Positions 11,379 to 24,823 of a stretch of 64,000 bases of DNA are shown here, piece by piece. Below the pieces are notes generated by a model. The model was not told the origin of the DNA and did not search any database. It saw only the letters and a list, made by a program, of their open reading frames with translations. The stretch is from the NCBI GenBank assembly GCA_032718475.1, contig JAUCBJ010003353.1, forward strand, positions 1 through 64,000, given 5' to 3'. The DNA comes from Nemertoderma westbladi (lineage: Eukaryota; Animalia; Xenacoelomorpha). Both the position numbers and the translations under genes were made by a program. Within the stretch, counting starts at the first letter, position 1, and the number at the start of each line of letters is the position of its first letter.

Positions 11379-12235
11379 TGTGACACCGAAACTCAGGTAC
11401 TCTTACCAGTCACCAGATGGTGAAGTACCTAAATCTAGCTGTTAAAAATTGCTACCAAACAATTATTGTTTGTTAATGTAATAAATTTATTCTAAAATGG
11501 TTACTTTTTCGCTCTAATATACCCCAAAATCGGGAGAAAAAGTTTCACTTTTTTCCCTATTGAATTTTTCCCCAAGTTTTTTGTCGAAATATTTACTTTT
11601 TTGTCCAAAATGATCGCTTGGTAGATAAAACAAATACTACGCTATTATTACGTTACGGTTTACGGAAAAAATATACAGTAAAATTACGTTACAGTGTTGA
11701 AAAAGCTATTACGTTACGGTTTATATACGTTACGGAAAAATATTGAGCTACGGTATTCCTGAACAGATACCGTAACGTAACGTAATAACATCCTTGGTAA
11801 CTAGAGAGCCGCTTAACTACATAAACCAACAACGGATATTGATTTCCGTTTTGGACTACGTCTTGCGGACACTAAAGTTGCAATAACTTTAGAGTTTGTG
11901 AATGGATTTTGTGAATGGAAGAAAACTTTTCTACTTCGATGCTCTTCAACACATGTAATAAAATTTAAGAAATGCCACCAAAAATATTTTAACTTACTTA
12001 TTTCGCCGGGAATAAAAGTAAAATCAATGCAACCCTATGGGTTACTTTTTTCAATAGGGAAAAAAGTGAAACTTTTTCTCCCGATTTTGGGGCATATTCG
12101 AGCGAAAAAGTAACCATTTTAGAATAAATTTATTACATTAAAAAACAATAATTGTTTGGTAGCAATTTTTAACAGCTAGATTTAGGTACTTCACCATCTG
12201 GTGACTGGTGAGAGTACCTGAGCTTCGGTGTCACA
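11379..12235. mobile_element. Foldback/MITE-like element with ~185-bp inverted arms
   Basis: 11379-11563 is the near-perfect reverse complement of 12050-12235, with termini TGTGACACC...GGTGTCACA. A related terminus occurs near 41607. No clear TSD. Confidence 0.75.
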
Positions 12236-12598
12236 ATATAACAATAATAGGCCTATATGGGGTAAAATATAAAATATCAGGTGAAATACTTCCATATGAA
12301 ATAATCAAATAGAAACAATGAAAGGGAATTGAGATAAGGATGCTTCTGTAAATTAAAATTAATTACACTCAATAAAAAATTTATCGTATAATATATACCT
12401 GGTACAGTTTGTTCTTATATATATATATATTTGTTTGTATTTGTATATGTATTTATATATTTATTTGACATACGGTGCAAATGATATTATTCTGGCTTGT
12501 GTTTTATTTGTTTGGAAGATATGTATGTATACTGTGAGAACATATAAAAAAACTGTAAAAAAAAGTACAGCAATATATTAATATATAAAGCTACTAAC

Positions 12599-13741
12599 TT
12601 CATCTGAAACCGGGGTATCAACTTGGCACCAGTTCTCATCCTCTTCAATCGCGTCAACGTGGGAGCGAGTAGGTACAGGTAGAGTGGGAGTAACATCTAT
12701 CTCCTGGGAGACACCATCAGGTCCGATCTCGAGAAACCTAACGTCCTCAGGGGAAACTTTGTCTTCTCGGTGGTTGTCGATGTCATTAACATCATCGCTA
12801 ACGTTGTACTCCCGGGCAATCAGGTTTATTATATCGAACTCGGCGGATTGTTTAACAGGCTCTTGTGGAATTTCTATAATATCGTAATCAACATCATTAA
12901 CTACAGGTTTATCAACAGGCTTGTAATCTAATATTTTCTTAAACGTTGAATCTATAACGTCCCCATTACCAGTGGTGACGGTGCCACCTAATTCCTTCTT
13001 TGACTCAACAATAGTATCTTCTTCCAGTGTTGACAAACAACCCTGGTTTGTGTCCGCACCCTCTGCCAGAATTGTTGGGGTGGATTGAAACTTAGGGTTT
13101 CCATGGGTAACAGGTGAAGCAGATATGGAATGCGACACTGGGACCGCTGGAGTACGAATAATTGACATAGCAAGTTGACTGTCTGATATATTAACCACAT
13201 GACCACTGGAAGGAATGAAGCCAGAATCGCCATCAGGTTCAATTCGTTTACGTTCTATATCGTTGCAATCCTCCCAAGTATTATCATCTTCGCCGTGATT
13301 CCGCTTCCTCGATTCTGGGGAAATAACTTCTGTTGATAAAACGTAAGACATATCATTAGCTAAGTTGCGCGAAACAACATTCTCCATAACAATGTTAGAA
13401 GAATTATCCCTGTTTTTGATTGAGACTTCTTCCTGTACCATTCCATGTATTAAATTATTTGCTACAACATTTTGCATTACTGTCGGTATGTTATTCCCTG
13501 ATGATTTTAATTCAATGTCGTTATTTATACATTCAAAGGGGACCTCCCCGGATTCCACATCGTTTTCTATGAGCCTTGAAATATTATTGGCCACAACATT
13601 GTCTAGTGAGATATTAGGGAGTTCAATTATTCTATCTTCAGTATTGTCGAGAACGATACCAGTACCTCCTGTACTATCAGTTACAGTTACCGGTTCAATG
13701 TTCAATTCCAACCACTCGTCGTCATCTTGGATATTTTCCAT
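12599..13741 (-). CDS. Probable first coding exon of the ALMS-motif gene (acidic, low-complexity N-terminus)
   Basis: ATG-initiated 381-codon acidic frame ending at a phase-0 donor GAA|GTTAGT (12598), which matches the phase-0 acceptor at 7815. Small intervening exons cannot be excluded. Confidence 0.65.
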
Positions 13742-14204
13742 AACTATTGACGATTTTTTTTTATTAAATTTTAGAATGTAGGGCTATGGTATAGTATAGC
13801 CTGAGCTGATAGGCCTGGCGCTGGCCTATATATATATATAATATAATAATTGTAGGCTAACTGTATTGCCTATCAATTTAAAAGTAGGCTAGGAGAAGCG
13901 ATACCAGGGCTCCTATCGGTCTCGTACCCGCCACTCCTTGCAGACTGGCGCCGTACTATTACTGTATTTTACTACAGTACCGGTACTATTATTTGCCCTA
14001 ACAACATTGATAACAACATTGTTTATTGTTTTGGTTATAAAAGCCTACCTCTGTAACTTGCTCCAATGCTCCTTTACCTCCATTGCTGCATTGGTAACAG
14101 CATTGTTTATTGTTTTGGTTAGAAAAACCCACCCCACCATGTAACCTGCTCTTCTTTTTCAATTGGTAACTTCTATATAAGTGGCTATTTTACTAGGCCT
14201 ATCT

Positions 14205-14525
14205 GCCAGTCTGGTCTGATGAACGCATGTCTGTTGTCAATTGTCATGCTGTCTCAGACTCACTGTCTGCCTGGTGCTTGGTTCGGCTGATTTCTGCGCC
14301 AGGCAAATATGTACGCCGGGTTTGCTGGGCTGATTCCTGCTCCGGCGCCGGGAATTTCTCGACGCCTGCTGCGCCGAGCGCAGCATCTCTATCATTGTCG
14401 TAGCGCGTAGCACATATCTGCGCCGACCCTTCCTGCTCATTACCCGGCGCCGGCGTAGCACATTTCTGCGCCGGCTCCCGGCGCAAGTTCTAGTGCTGCG
14501 CCGAACGTGTTCGGCGTACATGTAA
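14205..14525 (+). repeat. Truncated copy of the right subterminal region of the 14681-17613 element
   Basis: Colinear with 17260-17597 (GGTCTGATGAACGCATGTC...CGGCGTACATGTAA) and stops just where the TIR begins. Confidence 0.8.
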
Positions 14526-14680
14526 GACTCCAGGCAGCCAGGTTGGAATTCATGCATGAGCGCGCAGGCTGGCAGGTACCGCGAGATCACCAGATCACCG
14601 CGCACCTGAAATTGGCTCGTCGCTCACCTCATCATAATCCATACAAAATCGCGTAGCTCATGTCAAATGTCACCTGTCGC

Positions 14681-17613
14681 CCCTATTGAAAAGTTTTATT
14701 TTCTGCGCCGAACGCGGCGCCGGGTGCCAAAAATACTGCGCCGGCTCTGAGAATAACCACGCCGGGTGCCAAAAATGCTGCGCCGGCTCTGTGCAAAACC
14801 ACACCGGGTGCAAAAAAAACCCTGCGCTGGCTCTGTGCAAACCCACGCCCATGCCAGGTGCAAAAATCCTGCGCCGGCTCTGTGCAATGCAAAATGCTGC
14901 GCCGGGTGAAAAATCTTCCACCGGCTCTTCAAAGCTGCACTGAGCTGACTGGTATAAAACATAAAATCTGCCTGTTAAACTGTACAGTACCTGTAGTTTA
15001 TTCGGTTATCTATAATACTGCAGCTGTACTAATCCGAGTTGTTACTTAAACGAACGAAAGTTGTGGGTGGGTGAAATGAAAATAAGGATACAGAGACGGA
15101 AAACCTTAAAAAAGACAAATGCAACAAGTACATTAGGTACGTTGTTTTATTCCAAAAGTGTAACATTACGAAACAACTACTTAAGAAACACTGCATGTAA
15201 ATTTTTGTTGTCAAGTAAAGTGTAAATTTTTTGAAATTACTCAAATGTTACAATATGAATTATAGAAAGAATATTAAAGACTACTTCAGTTGGCCTACAA
15301 TAGTCCTTGTATTTATGTACTACGTTCTACTTTATTACATACTACGTAATGTGGTCCTATACGTCTATGCTACAGATACGGTATGTCTGAATGAATAATG
15401 ACTAGCTGTATGTTATGTTATGTTATTAATATCGCCAGAATAACAATAAAATATTAATTTTTGCACATGTACGTACACGTACAGTAGATTAAAATAAAAT
15501 GAACACATATCTGGCAAAGTACGCTAATAAGCAGTATGTACTATTGTAATAAAAATACGGATAATGGTATTCAGGTAAAATTAGTAAAATAATTAAAATT
15601 ATAGTTTATTTACAGTACTTACAGTTGGTGCATGTTAATTATTATAAAAAAATGAAATTACAGTAAAATTAAATTAAAAACCGGCAAAGCATACTTACAG
15701 TAGGTTCAAGGGCTTCAACAACATACAGTACTAAAGGCAAACATATTAATAAGGGACAATTTTACAATACTCTATAGGATACAACACAACAATACGTAGT
15801 TATACGGAACATAAATTTGGTACCGTAGGTATATGTCGCATAAGTAAAATATTACTGCTGAAATAAAACGCGCAAAGCTGCAAAGTAAAGTAACTACAAA
15901 AGATAGCAAAACAATTAAACATAAAAAAACACTATTTTAAAATTTAACACAAAAAAATGTTTTTTTGGGATTGAAAAAATGAAAATAATAGGTACTGTAG
16001 CTAGATTTTAATAAATAAATCGTTGTATATCGTTGTATCGCTGTATCGTTGTATATCGCTTTCGCTACTGCCACTTGGCGCACAGGAGTATCACTATATA
16101 TTCATTTTAAGGGACATTTCGCAGTCTAGTCTATATTTGAATATGCTCAATCATGGAGTACCAAGGGTATTACGTGCATTACATTAACAACACTTCACAA
16201 CAACCGGTAATGGTAAAGGATTCCAAATGTTTACAACGCTGTCTGCAAAGTTGTTGCGTGTTAGCATTGGTGGAGTTAGGAACGAAACTGGAAGAAATTA
16301 CTTCGCTCAATTTTGTCAATCCCGTTGATAAACTTGTATGTTGTTATAAGGTCGGCTAGTACACGGCGATATATTAATGTCGGTAGTTTGAGTGCAGTAC
16401 TGTAGTCGGTTTTCATATGACAACTCAGCCAGCGATAGTACAACTGTACAAGGCGAGTGACCACACGGTGTTGTACTTGTTCAAGACGTTCAATATTTAT
16501 CATGTCGGAGGAATGGCGAACAAACAACTGTGTCGTATTCAAGGAGAGGCCGAACAAGGGATTTGTATAACAGGGTCAGAGGGTAAACATCGGAGCTTCC
16601 AAATATGTAAAAGTTCTTCGTATTAAATGTACGACTCGCATGGCGCGGGCTGCAGTCTTTGTGCAGTGAGCTGTGCCTGTGATGCTGTGAAGGACAAGTC
16701 TGGCAGTCTGGTGTAAATGTAATTCCAAAATCACGTTCCTCGGTTGCCGATAAAAGTGTCCGTCAATTCATTGTGTAAAAAGTTGCTTGGGGATTTCTAG
16801 AACATAGATGCATGCATGACCTTGCACTTGGAGTCATTGAACTGTAATTTCCAATGGTTACACATGTGTGTCGGTAGTAAATTGTTTCATTATCAATAGT
16901 GCCATAGTATAAGTCGTTTTGTTTTACTCACTGTTCAACTTCATTCTGTCTGCCTGTTTTATTATATGTGCAGTTTTATTTATACGCTTCTATGACAGCG
17001 GTGTCTCCATCCAAATAATATAATATAAATATAGCTTATACAATACAGCAATATTATGTAAATAAATAAACTGACTATGACCATTAGCAATCATGACTGA
17101 TCAGCTGATAGCTGGAACTGTGATAGCCTACCTGCCTACTGCATAACAGCATAAGGTTAAATACGTAAATAAATGACCAGTTGCTGTCAGCCAGTGCTGC
17201 AGTGTGGGTTTCCTTTCTGCTTCCTGCATGGCCAGTTGTTATTGTGTTGCTGTGCTGTTGGTCTGATGAACGCATGTCAGCTGTCTCAGTCTCACTGTCT
17301 GCCTGGTGCTGGTGCTAGGTTCGGCTGATTTCTGCGCCAGGCAAATATGTACGCCGGGTGTGCTGGGCTGATTCCTGCTCCGGCGCCGGGTCAATTTCTG
17401 CACGTCGACGCCGGGAATATTTCGACGCCTGCTGCGCCGAGCGCAGCATCTCTACCATTGCCAGTGCTCCGCCGGCTGCGCCGGCGTAGCACATCTCTGC
17501 ACCGACCCTTCCGGCTCATTGCCCGGCGTAGCACATTTCCGCGCCAGCTCCCGGCGCAAGTTCTAGTGCTGCGCCGAACGTGCTCGGCGTACATGTAAAA
17601 CTTTTCAATAGGG
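14681..17613. mobile_element. Non-autonomous TIR DNA transposon (CCC...GGG ends, GC-rich subterminal repeats)
   Basis: Perfect 18-bp TIR CCCTATTGAAAAGTTTTA / TAAAACTTTTCAATAGGG. An 8-bp direct repeat CCTGTCGC flanks it (14673-14680, 17614-17621). Many CTGCGCCGG motifs lie at both ends, and no transposase ORF is present. Confidence 0.8.
16130..16900 (-). mobile_element. Degraded 3' fragment of a CR1-type LINE (RT C-terminus)
   Basis: IERLEQVQHRVVTRLV...LKLPTLIYRRVLADLITTYKFINGID...FF matches the CR1 ORF2 C-terminal pattern (LE.VQRRATK...L.LPTL..RR.R.DLI..YK...G). Frameshifted. Confidence 0.75.
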
Positions 17614-18429
17614 CCTGTCGCTGTCACAGTGTCATGCATGCATATCTCAAAAATCGCGCAGCTCATAATACTGTACAGCTGTAAGAACAATTCTACACCT
17701 ATACATTCCAGCATTCCTTTTTTTTACAAGTTTGAGCGTTTCAAATCTTATCTTAGCTGCTTAGTGCGTTGAATCTACATAATACAGTAATAAATGTAAA
17801 TGCAACATCAAAATTGTTAATATTAAAAAATATTTTTTTAATCCACTACATTTAGGCCTACATTTGAGAATACATCACTCTACTGTAAAAAATTTGAATA
17901 AATATCAAAATATGCAATACCGGTACCGGTACTTCATTATCTATCATTAGGTAGGCCTACCCCAGTACCCGGCAGCCCGGTACAAGTAATACTTGTGTAT
18001 ACCTAACAATCAGACAATCTGACAATTAGGCTTAACATTCAGACATTGGCAGATTGGCTTACACAGTCTGACAGTTACAGGCGTATATCAGTACCGGTAT
18101 ATAATTAAGTAATACTTCAGTACTTAACAGCTTAATACATTGTTACTTTCCAGCTTTCTGACTTTACCTGTTTACTACAGTACTAACGACTAATGTCTGA
18201 ACATAACATAATACAGTAATAACAATTAGTAGGCTGAGATTGAGATTATTTATTGCCCAATAAAATTTCGACGAAAATAGTGTAAATATACATCAGTACA
18301 TACATACATACAGTCTGACAGTTACATATAACACATAAGGCAATTAATTTTACATTTATTACATCTTTTTAAAAAATTTGCCATGCTTAAAAAGTTAAAA
18401 AACCATCATAAATTATTTTGTAGGTAACA

Positions 18430-18930
18430 AATATCAATGCGATGAAGCGCTGGTAGCCATCAGATGTCAGGATGTGCTGGTGTATTGATGAGTGAGATTC
18501 AACAACAAGCTTCAAAGCAATTTAAGAATCCTCGTTCGACAATACAAAACAAATTGAATAAACTACACACAATATTTCAAAGCTAACACTCCAGGTGAAG
18601 ATTTTATGAGGTCATTTGTTAATACAGTAATAGAAAGGGGCTTAGTAATCGCATAACGCAGAACATAAAAAAGAAGAGGGCTGAGGTGAATCATGAAATA
18701 ATAAACAATTATTTCGATAACTTGGAGAAAATTATTCAAGGACTTCCACCTTCCCATATCGTCAATTACAGTATGACGAAACAAATTTAACTGATGACCC
18801 AGGTAAAAAACGTTGTATACTGTAGTCAGGCGAGGTGTGAAGTATCCTGAAGCAGTCAAGAACTCAACCAAATCCTCAACATCAATGATGATTGCAGCTG
18901 CAGCGGATGGTCATCTACTTCATCCGTACC
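18430..18930 (+). pseudogene. pogo/Tigger-like transposase, 5' part (HTH_psq-like and start of DDE_1)
   Basis: Frameshifted translation gives QQASKQFKNPRSTIQNKL (psq-type HTH) and YFDNLEKIIQGLPPSHI...DETNLTDDPGKK...RGVKYPE...KSSTSMMIAAAADG. Confidence 0.72.
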
Positions 18931-19039
18931 AATAGTGGTTTGTGTAATGAAGTTACTTTTAGTGATGGGTTTGACAAAGTCTGAAAGTGGCTCTGCTGTA
19001 TTTCAAGAGTCTGAAGTCGGACAAATGTTAATTTCTGTT

Positions 19040-19820
19040 AGGTGATATCCTATATGGAATACTGACAAAAAGCGTGCCACATGCGTTCTGGTTAAACGAA
19101 AATCGTGCCAGCCATAATATCCAATGGCCGCCAAGCCAACAATTGACTATGAAATTTTGCAGTAATTGCTGAATTGTAATAATTTATCAGTTTATAATGC
19201 TGTAGCCCTACAGTCTGACAGTATTTTAACATTAAAATGCGAGCGCAGTGAGCAAGGAAATTTTCCAATTATGTTAATATAAATACAGTCTGACGGTAAT
19301 AGACAGATAGTACTGTAGTAGTAGTTGTAGGTCAACGTCAACTGGCTGGTTTTAAATATAGATGTGATCAAGATGCGAGCGCAGCGAGCACGAAAATTTT
19401 AACATTTCAGCATTTAAAGTAGCAAACCGACTGTTTTCAAATAAAGATGTCATTAAATTGCGAGCTGGCGAGCGTAGCGAGCACGAAAATTCTGCTGAAT
19501 CATACAGGCTGTCATGGTTTTATTGGTTTGAAGAATCTGACAATTGAAAAGCTTTTGAAACAAGTCATGTTTTTAATGGTCATGCCATGGAATACTAAAT
19601 ATACTATTTTATATGTATGTATTTTATCTGTATATTTAGTATTCCATGGTCATGCTCAATCTGTCCATTTCCATTTGTCCACAGCCAGACAGTGCTAAGA
19701 GTAGGCTAACAGTATAAACGCGAGCGAAGCGAGCAGACATTTTTCAATCTTTTTAAACCTATGGAATAATTTCAAATAGAGCTGTAGCTGTGTTGCCCCT
19801 TGCCAGTGACCTGCTACACT
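19040..19820. repeat. Non-coding interspersed repeat with GCGAGCG(T/A/C)AGCGAGC motifs
   Basis: Four spaced copies of the GCGAGCGNAG(C/T)GAGC motif at about 19238, 19375, 19468 and 19721, between the pogo fragment and the Copia LTR. Boundaries are uncertain. Confidence 0.45.
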
Positions 19821-19840
19821 ACATCCTACCCTAACCCTCC

Positions 19841-22589
19841 TGTTAAACTACAATTCTGCTATCAGGCAATACTGACAATATAATCTATTTATATTTATAC
19901 AATACAGCTAGTCACCATACAATATATTCTGTCCTTTCTTTGCACTGGTACTACACCTTATAACAGTCTGTCCTACACACTATTATATCTATTATAAATC
20001 CTTCACCTCAGGTCCAACATTATTCACTCTACTTTCTGTGTTTATTAAAATTAAATATAATGTAATAACCGACATAATTATTGTCCATTTATTCATGAAC
20101 TTTATCGAACTCCACAACAATAAAATATATTCAGTTCCAATTAAAAATAACTTCTTTATAATCTAGCAACTCTTCTTAGTCAGTTATTGATCACACCAGG
20201 ACACCAGTTTCAAGAACCTCTAACACCATCTTTCCAGGCATCTCTTTAGTTAGACAATCGGCAATTTGTTTCTGAGTTGAAACGTGTTGAACAATGAGAC
20301 CATCCAATACTGTCTCCTCCTTTAGTATAGCCAAGTCTATCTTCAGTTTCCTTTCAGCAGGTTCATTCTTGGTGCAGGTGATATGGTCATATAATCCATT
20401 TGTGTCAGTCAACAGCTTCATACTTTTTAACTTAAATTTCACTTCTGATAACAGTGCTTTAATATAAATCGCCACATCACAACTGTCTAAGGCAGTGAGT
20501 GTCTCACCAGCAAAGGATGAACGAACAACTCTGCTAACTCTTCTTGAGCGCCATGACATGACATTAAAATGTTCTGGATATAGAGACGAAACCCAAAGTC
20601 TACCCTGCAATCATAGAAAATGACCACCTTGACTTCCTCTGTCTGATAGTGTACCAAAGCTACTGTCTCAGTAAATCACCATTGATAATGAATCAAGAAC
20701 TAGTGGACGAAATATAATAGATGTTGGATGGAAAGCTTTCGCTTTAGGCAACAATTTATTGACAGCCAATAGATGTTTCACCTGCGGACTCTTAACTTCT
20801 CCCATCAATGATGAAGTACCATATTTTTCCATATTTTTCATAAATTTCCTATAATTGAATGGAATAATGTCAGCTCTTGCTTTGTCATTATCGCATTAGG
20901 ATCTCTTCCATATGTTGAAATGGGAAGTAACTTCATTATATATTTGTCATCTTTGTGACAGGATCGTAGATCCCGACCGGGTTAGATTTAGTACGCGTCA
21001 CCGTTGTGCTGGGGCTGTTGAACTATACTCATTTTGGCCGAAGGCCGTCTGGGAAAATAACAGAATTTGTGATTCTCAATGTTAATGTTCCGAATGATAA
21101 TAGCACAGAATCAGTACGTAATTGATATCACAATACAGAATGACAGCAGTAAATCAGTAATAGATATTGATCGGTGATGTTGGTGACGGTGACGGTCGAA
21201 AACTATGACCGGTCTGCAACTCTGTGATTAATGAACTGACCGGTAAATCAGTAATACAGAATAATTATATGATTGATACACACAGATATTGGTTTCACCT
21301 CTTACTCTACTTGGCCTTCTGTACCCAGTGGATGCTTTCCTATCTCTGTTCACGTGCTCCCCTGCCTGCTATTGGCTTATATACTAATTCTCACTTTGGC
21401 ACTCCCTGTGAGTGTTTCCCCCCACCGCTAGCCTCTACTAGCTGTGTTCTCCCTCCGAGGTGGTTTGACCTCTCACCTCTCTCTGTGGCTTTAGGGCTTG
21501 TGTCGCCCCCCCCCCCAAGTTGGTTATGAGGTGAGATTATTATTGGTAATCTCGTATCGCCAACTATATTGAATATTGGTAAAAAATGCCACTAGTCCCA
21601 TTTTCGGGTGGATAATGCATCGGAATTGAATCCGCTTACAATCTTGTGTTATGTGTATATCAAAAAGACCAGATCTGTCATTATAATTTACAGTTTCAAC
21701 ATCGAACATGCAACCCTGTATATACAAAGTCATCTTTAACCTCACTCCCTATAGTAAATATTTCTTTTACTCTTTGAACTATGTTCTGAAAGAAATATTC
21801 AGTTCCGCCATACACGAAGTCATCAATGTGAACCACCATTATGCCATGAATAATCTCACCACTCTGATAAATAAAAAGTGATGGATCAAGATTACATTGC
21901 TTCAATCCCAAATCAACAAGTTTCTTGGACATATTTGTAAACCAATTACGTGGAGCATCAACTAAACCATAAACCGGTTTAAGGAGCTTCAATACCCATT
22001 AGAACTCATACCTGCCTCTGGAGGTGGTATCAGAAAAACATCTCTACCAGAAGAATCAAAATTGTCACCTTGTAAGAAGGCAGTCTTAATGTCAATATAA
22101 TGTGGTCTGAATCCAAGAGATGGCATTATAGAGAGCATTATCTTTCTTTAATTTATCTCGGCTGGCTGTTGGTGAATACATTTGTATATTTTCCTTAAGC
22201 CTTAAGTCGAATATTTCCACTAGGCCCAGTTTTCTCTGACAGAATCCATTTACATGTAATTGGTTGACATGTAAGATCATTTTCTGATACTTCTTTCATT
22301 ACCATATTCTGTTGCCATGATAATATCTCATCAGCTTTAGCATTTGCGAATATGTCTTTATTGTTATCAGAATTGAGTAAAACTTGTTCCAATTCATTAT
22401 TATCAATAATAAAAACCTCATCTATCCCATACCGAATAACTTGTTTATACGTACGTGTTGACCTCCGTAATATTTATACAATACAGCTAGTCATCATACA
22501 ATATATTCTGTCCTTTCTTTGCACCGGTACTACACCTTAAAACAGTCTGTCCAACACACTATTATATACCCTTCACCTTAGGTCCAACA
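19841..22589 (-). mobile_element. Degraded, internally deleted Ty1/Copia LTR retrotransposon
   Basis: Direct repeats at 19841-20019 (TG...CA) and about 22470-22589, both ending GGTCCAACA. A purine tract lies next to the 3' LTR on the minus strand. RT motifs: KLLKPVYGLVDAPRNWF and VHIDDFVYGG (21696-21992), PITCKWIL (22195-22392). RNase H motif STQKQIADCLTK (20191-20610). Confidence 0.88.
20954..21680. mobile_element. Insertion inside the Copia RT, possibly a solo LTR of another family
   Basis: Copia RT homology breaks on both sides. The insert begins TGTGACAGGATC and ends GATCTGTCA (short inverted ends). TSD not resolved. Confidence 0.45.
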
Positions 22590-22799
22590 AACCCTACATC
22601 CATATTCGCACCAGGACCACCAGGATCCTCAATGCGTGCCACACGCCCCTGCCACTACGCACCAGGATCCTTAATCCATGCCACACATGTTGAGCAAACT
22701 CTACATAATTCCAACCTGGGGTGATATGATAACCTAACCTGTCATCTCATTTGAATGAAAAAGTGCCGCAACAATGTGTTATACATAACATTATATTTG

Positions 22800-23617
22800 C
22801 ATGCCCCCAGCCCAGCGACTTCCACCCACCTCACCCAGCCTTTAGATGTTCCGTTCTTCGCACCTATGAAATGTCAGTGGCGAAAATTACTTAATAATTA
22901 TAAAAAAGAACATGGAAACAATGCCTGCATGATGTTGTATCCAAGGATGAGTTCCCAAAGTTATTGAAGCAATTGGTCGAAGGTTTGGTTAACAAAGAGC
23001 AGAATGTTATTAGTAGGTTTCGTGACTGCGGCCGCAGTATCTATCCTTTAAACCGCGATGAAGTTCTGAAACGTCTTCCTTCAGCACCATCTACGCCTAC
23101 TGATGCTGGTGCAGTAATTGGTAATGCTGTCATCCAGCATTTGGAGGTAGCGAGGACACAACCAATAATGGGACAACTGTTAAAAGAAGGAGGAGACGCC
23201 TAACCCAGACGATATTGCTGATGATGATGATATTCAGACTGCGAAAAGTATTCGTACAGCTACAGCATCAAGCTGTCAAGGAAGAAAATTACTGGTTCAG
23301 TGTCAAGGAATTCATTGACTGGTAGGAAGGTAGTTCCAATTCATAGGAAGGCTAAGGAAGGCTTAGGAAACCGCGCTGTTGCTGAAACTTTCTCAGATAG
23401 TGATTTGTCAGAAATTGATGGTGTCAGTTTTGTGAGTGACAGTTATACTGAGGCAGCAATAAACCGAGCTGCCTGCTATTGTCGTAGACCAAACAGTGTG
23501 TCTCTTGGAGAGATGATTCAATGTGGTACCTGCTACCATTGTTTCCATTTAGTTTGTACTAAGATTACTAACACAAGATAAAATTTTGAATGTAAGATTT
23601 GTATGAAAGAGTCTTAA
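22800..23617 (+). pseudogene. pogo/Tigger-like transposase, 3' part (DDE_1 C-terminus plus PHD finger)
   Basis: PATSTHLTQPLDVPFFAPMKCQW, then SRFRDCG..IYPLNRDEVL, then CYC...EMIQCGTCYHCFHLVC...FECKIC (Cys4-His-Cys3), with frameshifts and stops. Confidence 0.8.
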
Positions 23618-24255
23618 ATTCCACGGAGTCTGTATTCAGATCTAATTTTATTAGCTGTTTATTCAATGAGTCAATAGCAGGGGGCATATTTGGTCTCAGT
23701 TCTAAGGGACTACTTAACTTACCCCGGAACTTGTTTTTGTTACAGTAATTGAGTTTTTTTCAATAAAGATAATAATAATGGTGTTGTTTCTATCTTTTAA
23801 ACATTCAATATTGTCGGAATAAGTGGGAAGTACTATACTGTAGTGGGGTTGTCTGAGTGGGTGAAATGTAGTCAGTGTGATAAAGTAACTTTTTAATTAA
23901 TTTTATTGAATTTGTCATGTAAAATAGCATTCACATTGTACCATAACCCATATTAAGGTACCAAATTGTACACACAGACATTCAAACTGCTGTTCCGAAA
24001 ACTTATATATTTTTATATATTTAACTTATTTGCTCTTATAATAGGAAAAGCAGAAAACCTAAAGACAAGGAGGCTGATATTTCTTCGACTCATTGGTTTT
24101 GCACTGCCTGCATATATCAGGTAGGCTAAATGTCTACTTACAAAGAGAATATACATACATATTATATTTTATTACACAGTTCATCTACTTCTTTTATATT
24201 TCTGTTATTAAAATAAGGTTGAGCACTATGCTGAGCTGAGCTGAGCTGAGCTCTA

Positions 24256-24823
24256 GACTGAGCAACCCCCAAAGAAGACGACCCCGCAGCCCCCAAAGAC
24301 TACAACCCCGCCCGCAGCCCCCAAAGAAGACGACCCGCAGCTCCCAAAGAAGACAACCCCGAGCACCCAAAGAAGACAACCTTGCAACCCCCAAAGAAGA
24401 CGACCCTGCAGCCCCCAAAGGCTACGACCCTGCCCGCAGCCCCCAAAGAAGACGACCCCGCAGCCCCCAAAAACTACGACCCCGCCCGCAGCCCCCAAAG
24501 AAGACGACCCCGCAGCTCCCAAAGAAGACGACCCTGCAGCCACCAAAGAAGACGACCCCGTAGCCCCCAAAGAAGATGACCCCACAACCCCCAAAGAAGT
24601 CAACTCCGCAAGCACCTAAAAAGTCGACCCCACCCACAGCACTCAAAGAATATGACCCTGCAGCCCCCAAAGAAGACGACCCCGCAGCCCCCAAAGAAGA
24701 TGACCCCGCAGCCCCCAAAGAAGACGACAATGCAACCACCAAAGAAGACGACCCCGCAGCCCCCAGAGAAGTAGACTCCGCAAGCACCTAAAATGTCAAC
24801 CCGGCAGCCCCCAAAGAAGTCGA
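24256..24823. repeat. Degenerate 24/30-bp minisatellite (GCAGCCCCCAAAGAAGACGACCCC)
   Basis: More than 20 imperfect tandem units, preceded by (GCTGA)n. Confidence 0.88.

Noticed and set aside
14214-14235. Other CTGATGA motifs (also near 17263, 18791, 27773, 45391) as hammerhead cores
   Set aside because: No stem II followed by GAAA.
14237-14962. Cluster of short GC-rich ORFs (also 17347-17714)
   Set aside because: They fall in the subterminal repeats of a TIR element and show no protein motifs.
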